From: Oscillospiraceae bacterium
GTDB lineage: Bacteria; Bacillota; Clostridia; Oscillospirales; Oscillospiraceae
Reading direction: 5' to 3'
Assembly: GCA_045538735.1 (NCBI GenBank)
Contig: JAZSRY010000069.1
Location: 3,810 to 67,809 of the forward strand
Length of the DNA: 64,000 bases
A program made the translations under genes and the position numbers. Below are positions 1-7,896 of this stretch, piece after piece; position 1 is the stretch's first letter, and every line of letters begins with the position of its first letter. The notes beneath the pieces are model-generated. The model was given only the letters and a program-made list of their open reading frames with translations, did not search any database and had not been told where the DNA came from.

Positions 1-61
1 GCGGTGGCAATAAGCTCTTCCCAGCCTTCCTGCCACCAGCCTCTTGTTGAAAACGAGAGTT

Positions 62-1459
62 TCATTCAGCACCCTCCTCGTAGACTATCTTGTTCAGTGC
101 GTTCACATAGGCGCGGATGGATGCGCCGAGAATATCCGTGGAAATTCCTCTTCCGGAATAGAGCTTACCGCCGCTGCGGAGCTTGACTATGGTCTCGCCC
201 ATTGCCTCGCGGCCTTCGGTGATGGCCTGAATCTGGAATTCGTCCAGTTCAAAATGACGGCCGACAATCTGCTCAACGGCAATGAAGGCGGCATCGATGG
301 GGCCGTCGCCTGCATAAACGCCCTGAAGCACCTTGTCCTCGTGGAGGAGTTTTATCTGGGCAACGGACTTCATTCCGCTGCTGGAATTGACCATATAGCT
401 TTCAACCTTGTAGGTGGGAGGCACCTGCAGCGCCGCGGTGGCAACAATGGCATCCAGCTCGGTGGCGCCGATGCGCTCTTTGCCTATGCGCTTGAGTGCG
501 TCGTGAACCTTGGAGATATCCTCCTCGCTCAGGTCGTAGCCCAATGCGGCAACGGCTCTTGCGACTGCGGAAGCATCGTCATGGACGGAGAGCACCAGTG
601 CGCTGTCCTCGGCGTGAACTCCGCTGTCATAGGGATTGCCGCTTTTTCCGGAGAACATACGGCCAATCTGGGCTATGCTGCGGCTGAGCTCGGTGATACG
701 GATGCCGCAGGATGCACCAAGAGAATCTCCCCTTGCGGCGAGAATACGGGCAACATTATCAAGGGCGGCGGTGTCTCCGCCGCAGGAGCAGACCTTAACC
801 TCACCGGCGCCGCAGCCTATTGCCGCAACGGAGGCGGTGTCCGCCATGGAAAGCTCGTTTGCGCACTTAACGCCCAGACGGACATTCTCAAGAGCGGGGA
901 CGGCTGCGAAAAGCTCGCGGACAAACTCTGCAATCTCACCGGGAAGGCGGGCGCCTTCTGTATCGCAGACGGTTACAATGCCTGCACCGGCTTCAATGGC
1001 GGCAGAGATAATTTCGGCGAGAAAGTCCTTTTCCGCTCTGCAGGCATCCTCGGCAATGAACTCCACCTCACAGCCCTTCGCGGTGCAGGCTCCGACAGTT
1101 TCTTTAACGGCAGAGAGCATTGCGGCGGGCTTTTTGTGGTAAAAATACTCCATCTGAACGGAGGAGGTGGGAGCAACAACCTGAAGTCTGGGCTTTTTTG
1201 CAGCCTTGAGAGCGCTCCATACGGTCTCCACGCCCTCGGCGCTGAGTGCCACGGGCACTGCCACGGCAGCGTCGCGGACAGCAGAGGCGATGGACTTGAT
1301 AAGAAGGGAGTCAATTTTCACCTTTTCGATGCCGGCGCATTCAATGCAGTCGGCACCCAGCTTATCGAGAATCTTTGCAAGCTCTATTTTTTCTCTGAAA
1401 GAGAGGGCTGCACCCTTGGAAAGGAGCATGCTGATATCGCTGATATAAATCTTTCTCAT
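62..1459 (-). CDS. LeuA/HMGL-family protein (2-isopropylmalate synthase-like TIM-barrel plus LeuA-dimer regulatory domain); catalytic motifs degenerate
   Basis: 465-aa ORF with GGAGG RBS. It aligns by eye along the whole LeuA (C-terminus GDGPIDAAF...GISTDILGASIRAYVNALNK is a typical LeuA_dimer domain). However, DTTLRDGEQ is replaced by DISMLLSKG and HxHxxND by KCANE. Confidence 0.8.
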   Translation of the reverse strand: MRKIYISDISMLLSKGAALSFREKIELAKILDKLGADCIECAGIEKVKIDSLLIKSIASAVRDAAVAVPVALSAEGVETVWSALKAAKKPRLQVVAPTSSVQMEYFYHKKPAAMLSAVKETVGACTAKGCEVEFIAEDACRAEKDFLAEIISAAIEAGAGIVTVCDTEGARLPGEIAEFVRELFAAVPALENVRLGVKCANELSMADTASVAAIGCGAGEVKVCSCGGDTAALDNVARILAARGDSLGASCGIRITELSRSIAQIGRMFSGKSGNPYDSGVHAEDSALVLSVHDDASAVARAVAALGYDLSEEDISKVHDALKRIGKERIGATELDAIVATAALQVPPTYKVESYMVNSSSGMKSVAQIKLLHEDKVLQGVYAGDGPIDAAFIAVEQIVGRHFELDEFQIQAITEGREAMGETIVKLRSGGKLYSGRGISTDILGASIRAYVNALNKIVYEEGAE

Positions 1460-1478
1460 AAAATTGACCTCCTGAATG

Positions 1479-1513
1479 AAAAAATCCCTGAAGCTGCCGA
1501 TGCAGCTTCAGGG
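1479..1513 (-). terminator. T-box attenuator terminator hairpin
   Basis: CCCTGAAGCTGC-ATCG-GCAGCTTCAGGG followed by ATTTTTT (minus strand), 20 nt before the RBS. Confidence 0.85.
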
Positions 1514-1745
1514 ACGAAAATTCTTTTCGCGGTACCACCCTGATTATTATCCCCTCGCGGGAAATAATCTCTCTCGGACTCATTTAAGTCCACAGCCTGT
1601 AACGGGGCTGACCGTGTCCCACTACTGACCGCTTCGGCTTTGGCAGGACAAGCTCGGGAAAGAGACTGCTCATCTGTGTTTGGTATCGGCTCGCAGCAAG
1701 CGCCGACTCTCTGAAACACGCCCACAGAGGCATAATTCCGTCACA
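1479..1745 (-). promoter_or_regulatory. T-box riboswitch leader (tRNA-sensing transcription attenuator) upstream of the LeuA-like gene
   Basis: On the minus strand: AG-bulge/distal-loop-like CAGAGAGUCGGCGCUUGCUGCGAGCCGA, the canonical T-box sequence AAUCAGGGUGGUACCGCG (complement of 1528-1541), then a terminator hairpin plus U-run. A TTGACA-17-TTTAAT promoter lies upstream near 1770-1800. Confidence 0.85.
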
Positions 1746-1826
1746 GCATTTAACGCATTAAAACGATAGCGTTATTAAAACACATATATAAGGTATTGTC
1801 AAGGTTTTTTGCCCTTTGGCAGGACC

Positions 1827-2933
1827 TTAGTCCAACTTCAGATCGCCCTCTTTTATCCAGCCCAGACGGCGGCAGACTCTCCCCAGCGCCCAGCAGATGA
1901 CGGCGGGAAGAACAACGCTGATGAGGACAAGACCGATCCAGTCCATGGCTCCGGGGACGATGGCGCAGGCGCCGTTTTCAATAGCCTTTGCGGAGGGCTC
2001 AACCCAGCCCGTCCAGACGCCGATAGGTCCGCAGAGACCGCAGGTACCCATGCCGGAGTTGACGGCTGCGCCGTTCATTTCCAGACGGAAAATGCAGGTG
2101 GCAATGGGGCCGGTTATCATACTGGTGAGTATGGGTGCAATCCAGATTTTAGGGTTGCGGACAATGTTGCCCATCTGAAGCATACTGGTGCCAAGACCCT
2201 GACTTACAATGCCGCCCCAGCGGTTTTCGCGGAAGCTCATAACCGCGAAGCCCACCATCTGTGCGCAACAGCCCGCAACAGCGGCGCCGCCTGCCAGACC
2301 CGTGAGACCGAAGGCCGCGCAGATTGCAGCGGAGGAGATGGGGAGGGTGAGGGCTATGCCCACAACGGCGGAGACTATTATGCCCATGAGGAAGGGATGC
2401 AGCTCCGTTGCCCATACGATGAAGGTGCCCACAAAGTTTGCGGCTTTTCCTATGGGTGCCGCGATGAAGTAAGCAAGACCCACGCCCACAATAATGGTGA
2501 CTATAGGCGTCACAAGAATGTCTATCTTGGTCTCCTTGCTGACCGCCTTGCCGAATTCGCTGGCAACTATGGCAACTATCAGCACGGCAAGAGGACCGCC
2601 CGCGCCGCCTATGGCGTTGGTGGCAAAGCCCACGGGCACGAGGGAGAAGAGTACCATCGCAGGAGCCTGCAGGGCAAAGCCTATGGCAACTGCCATTGCA
2701 GGACCTACCATGGCGCTGGCAAGACCGCCTATGGTGTAGTCTGTGCCGTTTACAGTGGCAACGGTGGCGTTTAGGAAGCCGATGCCGAACTGGCTGCCCA
2801 GTGTGTTCAGAATTGTGCCCACCAGAAGGGTACAGAAAAGACCCTGAGCCATGGCGCTGAGGGCATCAATGCCGTAGCGCTTGGCGGAGAACACTATATT
2901 TTTTCTTTTGAGAAAAGCCTTGAATTTGCTCAT
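1827..2933 (-). CDS. Polytopic membrane permease resembling the PTS EIIC-2 type family; candidate NiaR-controlled niacin/nicotinamide-related transporter
   Basis: 368-aa ORF, very hydrophobic and Gly/Ala-rich. The N-terminus MSKFKAFLKRKNIVFSAKRYGIDALSAMAQGLF is typical of that family as I recall it. A strong promoter plus a perfect NiaR-type palindrome lies immediately upstream. Confidence 0.7.
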   Translation of the reverse strand: MSKFKAFLKRKNIVFSAKRYGIDALSAMAQGLFCTLLVGTILNTLGSQFGIGFLNATVATVNGTDYTIGGLASAMVGPAMAVAIGFALQAPAMVLFSLVPVGFATNAIGGAGGPLAVLIVAIVASEFGKAVSKETKIDILVTPIVTIIVGVGLAYFIAAPIGKAANFVGTFIVWATELHPFLMGIIVSAVVGIALTLPISSAAICAAFGLTGLAGGAAVAGCCAQMVGFAVMSFRENRWGGIVSQGLGTSMLQMGNIVRNPKIWIAPILTSMITGPIATCIFRLEMNGAAVNSGMGTCGLCGPIGVWTGWVEPSAKAIENGACAIVPGAMDWIGLVLISVVLPAVICWALGRVCRRLGWIKEGDLKLD

Positions 2934-2964
2934 AAAACTCTTCCTCCGATATGTAAAAACAATA

Positions 2965-3000
2965 ATAGCTATACAGGTGTCTTGACACCTGTATAGCTAT
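2965..3000. promoter_or_regulatory. NiaR-type operator: perfect 17+2+17 palindrome ATAGCTATACAGGTGTC-TT-GACACCTGTATAGCTAT
   Basis: Read directly from the sequence. It abuts or overlaps the -10 box (TATAAT, complement of 2999-3004) of a TTGACA(3021-3026c)-16-TATAAT promoter that drives the permease. The ACAGGTGTC..GACACCTGT core matches my recollection of Firmicute NiaR boxes. Confidence 0.75.
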
Positions 3001-3022
3001 TATATTCATAAATATTAAATTG

Positions 3023-3544
3023 TCAAGCGTCTTCTTTCTTAAGCAAAATTCCCGCCTCTTTCAGCTCGTCGATTACGCGCTGAAGAGCCTCCTCGTCGGG
3101 GCAGAGGAGGGTGTGGAGGTGAATTCCGTCGGTGAGGGCGGAAAGGGGCTGAGCCTCGCATTCAATGTTGCGTGCAATAAACTGCTTCACATCGTAGCGG
3201 CTTTTCAGCTCCAGAGAGCCGGTGAGCTGTCCGTAGATGGGGTGTTCCACGATAACATCTTTGACTATGCAGCCGTTATCCACCATAATATCCAGCTCCC
3301 GCTCCATGTCCTCTCCGCTGTGGCAGCAGGCGAGGGTGCGGACTATCATGCCCGTGTCACGCTCAAGCACATAGCCTCTGGGGGTTGCAGAGATATCGTT
3401 TCCGAAGGCGCGCAGCAACGCAACGTCGCCCACGATGACCTGACGGCTGACGCCCAGCTTTTTGGCAAGACTCTCTGCGGAAATAGGGGCTGCGGAGCTG
3501 AGGAGCTGAGAAAGAATGGCCTCTCTGCGTTCATCTGCCTTCAT
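3023..3544 (-). CDS. niaR: NiaR (YrxA) niacin-responsive transcriptional repressor, HTH_11 plus 3H domain
   Basis: 173-aa ORF with an N-terminal wHTH (ESLAKKLGVSRQVIVGDVALLRA) and a His-containing 3H domain (CCHSGED...VEHPIYG...HLHTLL). It overlaps the pncB stop, so the two form an operon. Confidence 0.9.
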   Translation of the reverse strand: MKADERREAILSQLLSSAAPISAESLAKKLGVSRQVIVGDVALLRAFGNDISATPRGYVLERDTGMIVRTLACCHSGEDMERELDIMVDNGCIVKDVIVEHPIYGQLTGSLELKSRYDVKQFIARNIECEAQPLSALTDGIHLHTLLCPDEEALQRVIDELKEAGILLKKEDA

Positions 3545-5015
3545 TTTTTCCTCCGCTCCTTCTGGCCTTGCCGAAACGCATCAGCAGGTCGTTTTTGATG
3601 TCCCAGAGCTTCTGAGAGAGATCCACATAGTAGCTGTGGGGGTTATCAAAGCGCTTAACCTCGTCCCAAAGGGTGTCCAGCTGCTGCGCGCAGTAAGAGC
3701 GGATATCCTCCAGCCCGGGCAGCTCATAAACAAGCTCGCCCTTTTGGAAAATGGGGACAAGCAGCTCTTTGGCAGTGAAGTTATAAACTTCCTTCCGCTT
3801 CCAGGTGGCTTCGGGATCGAAAATCTCTATGGTGTCGCTGTCGTCCACGGTTTCATCGTGGAGGCAGAGATAGTCAGCAAGAGCCTTGCCCGTGTCCTTG
3901 GCATAGAAGCGGTAAAGCTTCTTGAAATGGGGGTTTGTGATTTTGGCTATGTTCTCGCTGATTTTGATTCTGGGCTTGATATGTCCTTCCTTGTCCTCAA
4001 TGGCAACAAGCTTGTAAACGCCGCCGAAAACGGGCTCGCTGCGTGCGGTGATGAGGCGCTCGCCAACGCCGAAAACATCGATTTCAGCACCCTGGTGGAT
4101 AAGGTCTGCAATGACGAACTCATCGAGAGAGTTGGAACAGGTGATGGCGCACTCTGTCCAGCCTGCCTCGTCCAGCATCTTTCTTGCGGTGCGGGTCAGG
4201 TAGGCAAGGTCGCCGGAGTCAAAGCGTATGCCGCATTTTTTGATGCCGAGGGGCTTGAGGACCTCGTTGAAGACTCTGATGGCATTGGGCACACCGGAAT
4301 GGAGGGAGTTATAGGTGTCCACCAGCAATGTTGCGTTGGTGGGATAGATTTCGCAGTAGGTTTTGAAGGCCTCATACTCGCTTTCGAACATTTGCACCCA
4401 GGCGTGAGCCATAGTACCGCCCGCCTTAACTCCGTAAAGCTGGTCGGCTATGGTGCAGGCGGTGCCTGCGCAGCCGCCTATATATGCGGCTCTTGCACCG
4501 CTGACCGCGGCGTCGATACCGTGGCTGCGGCGGGAACCGAATTCCAGCACGGCTCTTCCGTCTGCGGCGCGGCAGATGCGGCTGGCCTTGGTGGCGATGA
4601 GGCTCTGGTGGTTGAAGGTCATAAGGATGTAGGTCTCCAGAATCTGGGCCTCAATGGCATTGGCTCTTACCACCATAAGGGGCTCGTTGGGGAAAACGGG
4701 AGTGCCCTCGGGGACTGCCCAGATATCTCCGGTGAAGCGGAAAGTGCGGAGATAATCCAGAAACTCCTCGCTGAAAAGATTGTGGGAGCGAAGATATTCA
4801 ATATCCTCCTCGTCATAGTGAAGATCCTTCACATATTCCACAACCTGCTCAAGTCCCGCGGCAATGGCAAAGCCGCCTCCGTCGGGTACTCGGCGGAAGA
4901 AAACATCAAAATAGCTTATGCGGTCTTTCAGTCCGCAGTTGAAATAGCCGTTGCCCATAGTGAGCTCGTAAAAGTCACAGAGCATGGTGAGATTAAGTTT
5001 AGCGCTGCTGTTCAT
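3531..5015 (-). CDS. pncB: Nicotinate phosphoribosyltransferase
   Basis: 494-aa ORF. The N-terminus LTMLCDFYELTMGNGYF and the overall length are typical of Firmicute PncB. Confidence 0.92.
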   Translation of the reverse strand: MNSSAKLNLTMLCDFYELTMGNGYFNCGLKDRISYFDVFFRRVPDGGGFAIAAGLEQVVEYVKDLHYDEEDIEYLRSHNLFSEEFLDYLRTFRFTGDIWAVPEGTPVFPNEPLMVVRANAIEAQILETYILMTFNHQSLIATKASRICRAADGRAVLEFGSRRSHGIDAAVSGARAAYIGGCAGTACTIADQLYGVKAGGTMAHAWVQMFESEYEAFKTYCEIYPTNATLLVDTYNSLHSGVPNAIRVFNEVLKPLGIKKCGIRFDSGDLAYLTRTARKMLDEAGWTECAITCSNSLDEFVIADLIHQGAEIDVFGVGERLITARSEPVFGGVYKLVAIEDKEGHIKPRIKISENIAKITNPHFKKLYRFYAKDTGKALADYLCLHDETVDDSDTIEIFDPEATWKRKEVYNFTAKELLVPIFQKGELVYELPGLEDIRSYCAQQLDTLWDEVKRFDNPHSYYVDLSQKLWDIKNDLLMRFGKARRSGGKNEGR

Positions 5016-5030
5016 TGCTTATGCCTCCGC

Positions 5031-5052
5031 ACATAACTGTCTTGACAGGTGA
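5031..5052. promoter_or_regulatory. Second, degenerate NiaR-type operator (CTGTC-TT-GACAGGTGA) downstream of the pncB promoter
   Basis: It shares the TGTCTTGACA core and one full half-site (GACAGGTGA) with the 2965-3000 palindrome. It lies between the -10 box and the RBS of pncB. Confidence 0.55.
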
Positions 5053-5068
5053 CTTGCCTATCAGCCCC

Positions 5069-5097
5069 ATTATATTTCATTCTTTCCGCTAAAGCAA
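5069..5097 (-). promoter_or_regulatory. Sigma-A-type promoter of pncB-niaR (TTGCTT-17-TATAAT on the minus strand)
   Basis: -35 is the complement of 5092-5097, -10 is the complement of 5069-5074, with a 17-nt spacer. Confidence 0.55.
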
Positions 5098-5281
5098 CGG
5101 AAAAATGAAAAAACATAGCCGAGCTTGCATGTGCTTCACAAATTCGCAGGAAAATGCGGGTTTGACGCAAATTTTACTTGAGATTTGGATATGTTTATTA
5201 TATAATACCGTGACAGTATGCGTATTTTTTTAATACGACCATTTGAAAGCATTCGTATGATTATCCGAAAGGAGTTATATT

Positions 5282-5635
5282 ATGGTTAAAATAGAAACCG
5301 CGAAGGGTTTTATAAGCATTTCCCCTGAAGTGTTCACCAATATAGCAGGCAATGCAGCAACCCGCTGCTTCGGCGTTAAGGGCATGGCAGGCAAGGCAAA
5401 GGAGAACGGACTTTATCAGCTTCTCCGCCGCGAGTCCATGAGCAAGGGCGTTTTTGTCACTTTCAACGATGATAACAGCGTCTCCATCGACCTCCACATT
5501 GTTGTGGAGCACGGCGTGAATCTTGCAACTGTCGGCTCTCTCATCGTCACCGAGGTGGGCTACAAGGTGGCAGAGGCAACCGGCGTGGCAGTTAAGGACG
5601 TCAACGTATTTATCGACAATATGATAGTCGGCTGA
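5282..5635 (+). CDS. Asp23/Gls24 family envelope-stress protein (YloU-like)
   Basis: 117-aa ORF with an AAAGGAG RBS. Typical Asp23 sequence (ISPEVFTNIAGNAATRCFGV...VKDVNVFIDN), paired with a DAK2/YloV gene as in many Firmicutes. Confidence 0.9.
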   Translation: MVKIETAKGFISISPEVFTNIAGNAATRCFGVKGMAGKAKENGLYQLLRRESMSKGVFVTFNDDNSVSIDLHIVVEHGVNLATVGSLIVTEVGYKVAEATGVAVKDVNVFIDNMIVG

Positions 5636-5704
5636 AAATCGGCCAAAAGAGATAATAAGCCGCCTGCCCGGAAAGCAGAAGCGGTAAAGCGGAGGTAAAC
5701 CACT

Positions 5705-7372
5705 TTGAAAGAAATGATAAACGGCCTTCAGTTCGGCGAGATGATTCTTTGCGCCTACGAGGCTCTTGAAGCAAATAAGCAGCTTATTAATGACCTGAAC
5801 GTATTCCCCGTTCCCGATGGCGACACCGGCACCAATATGAGCCTGACCATGTCCGCCGCCGCCAATGAGTTCAAAAAGGCAAAATACGAAAGCCTTTCCG
5901 ATGCCACCAATAAGGCAGCATCTGCCCTGCTCCGCGGCGCCCGCGGAAACTCCGGCGTTATCCTCTCCCTGCTCTTCCGCGGTCTTGCAAAGAGCGTCAA
6001 GGGTCTTGAGAGTGCAGACGCTCAGACTTTTGCACAGGCTATGCGCGCAGGTGTCGATGCCGCATATAAGGCAGTTATGAAGCCTGCCGAGGGCACCATT
6101 CTCACTGTCTCCCGCGTAGGCACCACCGCAGCTGTGGATCTCGCCAAGAACGAGGACAGCATCGAGCTCATTTTGGCCTGCGCTCTTGCAGCAGCCAAGG
6201 ATGCTCTTGAGGAGACCACCGAGCAGAACCCCGTTCTCAAGCGCGCAGGCGTTGTTGACGCAGGCGGCAAGGGCTATGTCACCATTCTGGACGCTATGCT
6301 GGCCTCTCTGCAGGGTCGTATGGTTTCCGGCAGCATTGAGATAGCTTCCGCTGAGGATGAGGAAGAGGACCACAGCAGCGCTCCCTTCGGTGAGTTCGAT
6401 ACCGCCGAAATCGAGTTCGCTTACGATACCGTCTATATCGTAAGAAAGCTTCAGGAAGAAATCGACCTTGATCCCTACCGCGCATTCCTTGAGAGCATTG
6501 GCGACAGCCTTGTTATCTCCGAGGATGACGAGGTATTCAAGGTTCATGTCCATACCAATGTTCCCGGCGATGCTCTCAATGAGGCTGCAAAGTACGGTGT
6601 TCTTGAGCTTGCAAAGATCGAGAATATGCGCACTCAGCATGATGAGCTGGTTGCCTCCAAGGAAAAGGCAGCCGAGCCCGCCGAGCCCGCTGAGCCCGAG
6701 TATGCTCCCGCAGAGAAGGAATTCGGCTTTGTCTCTGTCTGCGCAGGCGAAGGCCTTGCACAGCTCTTCCGTGAGATTGGTGTTGACCGTGTTGTAACCG
6801 GCGGTCAGACCATGAACCCCTCCACCGAGGATATTCTCCGCGAAATCAACCGCACTCCCGCTGAGACCGTTTTCGTCTTCCCCAACAACAAGAATATCTG
6901 GATGGCTGCCCAGCAGTGCGACTATCTCACCGATAAAAAGGTAATCGTTGTTCCCACCCGCACCGTTCCCCAGGGCATCACCGCTATGCTGAATATGGAT
7001 CCCGGTGCTGATGAGGCCACCCTCACCGAAACCTTCAATGAGGTCATCGGCGGCGTACATACCGCCCTCGTGACCTATGCGGCCCGTGATAGCGAGTTTG
7101 ACGGCTACTCCATCAAGGCCGGCGAGTATCTTGCCCTTATGGACGGCGCCCTTCTCGGTTCCTTCGATACCATGCTTGCCACTATGAACAAGCTCAACTC
7201 CGCTCTTGAGGAGTTTGACCCCGAGTTCATCTCCGTTTATTACGGCGAGGATGTTGACGAAGAAGGCGGCGAGAAGACCCTCGCATATCTTGCCAAGGCC
7301 TTCCCCGATGCCGAACACAGCATCATAAACGGCGGCCAGCCCGTTTACTACTACATGATCTCTGTTGAGTAA
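5705..7372 (+). CDS. DAK2 domain fusion protein (YloV family)
   Basis: 555-aa ORF with the DAK2 motif VFPVPDGDTGTNM and a C-terminal DegV-like half. The TTG start sits 10 nt after GGAGG; an ATG at 5714 is the alternative start. Confidence 0.9.
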   Translation: MKEMINGLQFGEMILCAYEALEANKQLINDLNVFPVPDGDTGTNMSLTMSAAANEFKKAKYESLSDATNKAASALLRGARGNSGVILSLLFRGLAKSVKGLESADAQTFAQAMRAGVDAAYKAVMKPAEGTILTVSRVGTTAAVDLAKNEDSIELILACALAAAKDALEETTEQNPVLKRAGVVDAGGKGYVTILDAMLASLQGRMVSGSIEIASAEDEEEDHSSAPFGEFDTAEIEFAYDTVYIVRKLQEEIDLDPYRAFLESIGDSLVISEDDEVFKVHVHTNVPGDALNEAAKYGVLELAKIENMRTQHDELVASKEKAAEPAEPAEPEYAPAEKEFGFVSVCAGEGLAQLFREIGVDRVVTGGQTMNPSTEDILREINRTPAETVFVFPNNKNIWMAAQQCDYLTDKKVIVVPTRTVPQGITAMLNMDPGADEATLTETFNEVIGGVHTALVTYAARDSEFDGYSIKAGEYLALMDGALLGSFDTMLATMNKLNSALEEFDPEFISVYYGEDVDEEGGEKTLAYLAKAFPDAEHSIINGGQPVYYYMISVE

Positions 7373-7383
7373 GAGATAAAAAA

Positions 7384-7412
7384 CAGCAGGACGAAAAGTC
7401 CTGCTGTTTTTG
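7384..7412 (+). terminator. Intrinsic terminator after yloV
   Basis: CAGCAGGAC-GAAAA-GTCCTGCTG followed by TTTTT. Confidence 0.85.
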
Positions 7413-7420
7413 TTATCAAC

Positions 7421-7455
7421 CGCGCCTTTAAAGCCTTCCCCTTGAGGGGAAGGTG
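7421..7455. repeat. 35-bp direct repeat copy 1 (CGCGCCTTTAAAGCCTTCCCCTTGAGGGGAAGGTG), containing its own hairpin
   Basis: Identical to 7757-7791. Both copies lie in a hairpin-dense 450-bp non-coding spacer. Confidence 0.85.
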
Positions 7456-7756
7456 CCCCGCAGGGGCGAATGAGGTGTTATTTGTCTCCGACGGCCATAT
7501 TCTTTTCGTGTGGCCGAAAAGAATATGGAAAGAAAAGTCCACCAAAGAGGGGTTTTAATCCCCCCTTTGGAAACTCCCCAAGTGCGGAGACAGAAATGGC
7601 GTTCTGCCACATAATAAGCGCCTAAACCTTAGTGTGCAGACCTCGATTTCCGCTTGGCCGCTGCTGCGTCGAGGCGCCTGTTCGGCGCCACAGGGACTGC
7701 ACCTCGTAAAATGTCTGCCTTTAATATCGCACCTCCGTAGGGCGCGATGACCTCAG

Positions 7757-7791
7757 CGCGCCTTTAAAGCCTTCCCCTTGAGGGGAAGGTG
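7757..7791. repeat. 35-bp direct repeat copy 2
   Basis: Identical to 7421-7455. Confidence 0.85.
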
Positions 7792-7859
7792 GCATTTGCG
7801 GAGCAAATGACGGATGAGGTGCCATTTTTCGTTGCGGCCAAGACCATTCCCTACAAAGT

Positions 7860-7896
7860 AAAAAGACAGCAGGATGAAAATCCTGCTGTTTTTTTT
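7860..7896. terminator. Bidirectional intrinsic terminator; diverged duplicate of the 7384-7412 hairpin
   Basis: CAGCAGGAT-GAAA-ATCCTGCTG flanked by an A-run and a T-run. It differs from copy 1 by a compensatory stem change (C:G to T:A). Confidence 0.8.

Noticed and set aside
44-1543. 499-aa plus-strand ORF overlapping the LeuA-like gene.
   Set aside because: It is antisense to a gene with clear family similarity, an RBS and a T-box leader. Its translation is low-complexity (Gly/Ala/Leu-rich), as expected for the reverse frame of GC-rich coding DNA.
5261-7318. 685-aa minus-strand ORF across asp23/yloV. Similar long antisense ORFs lie at 3516-5036, 8171-9646, 9796-10704, 35273-36331, 54783-55769 and 62072-63502.
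   Set aside because: All lie opposite ORFs with recognisable conserved motifs. They lack start-site context and have compositionally odd translations, which are typical shadow ORFs in GC-rich genes.
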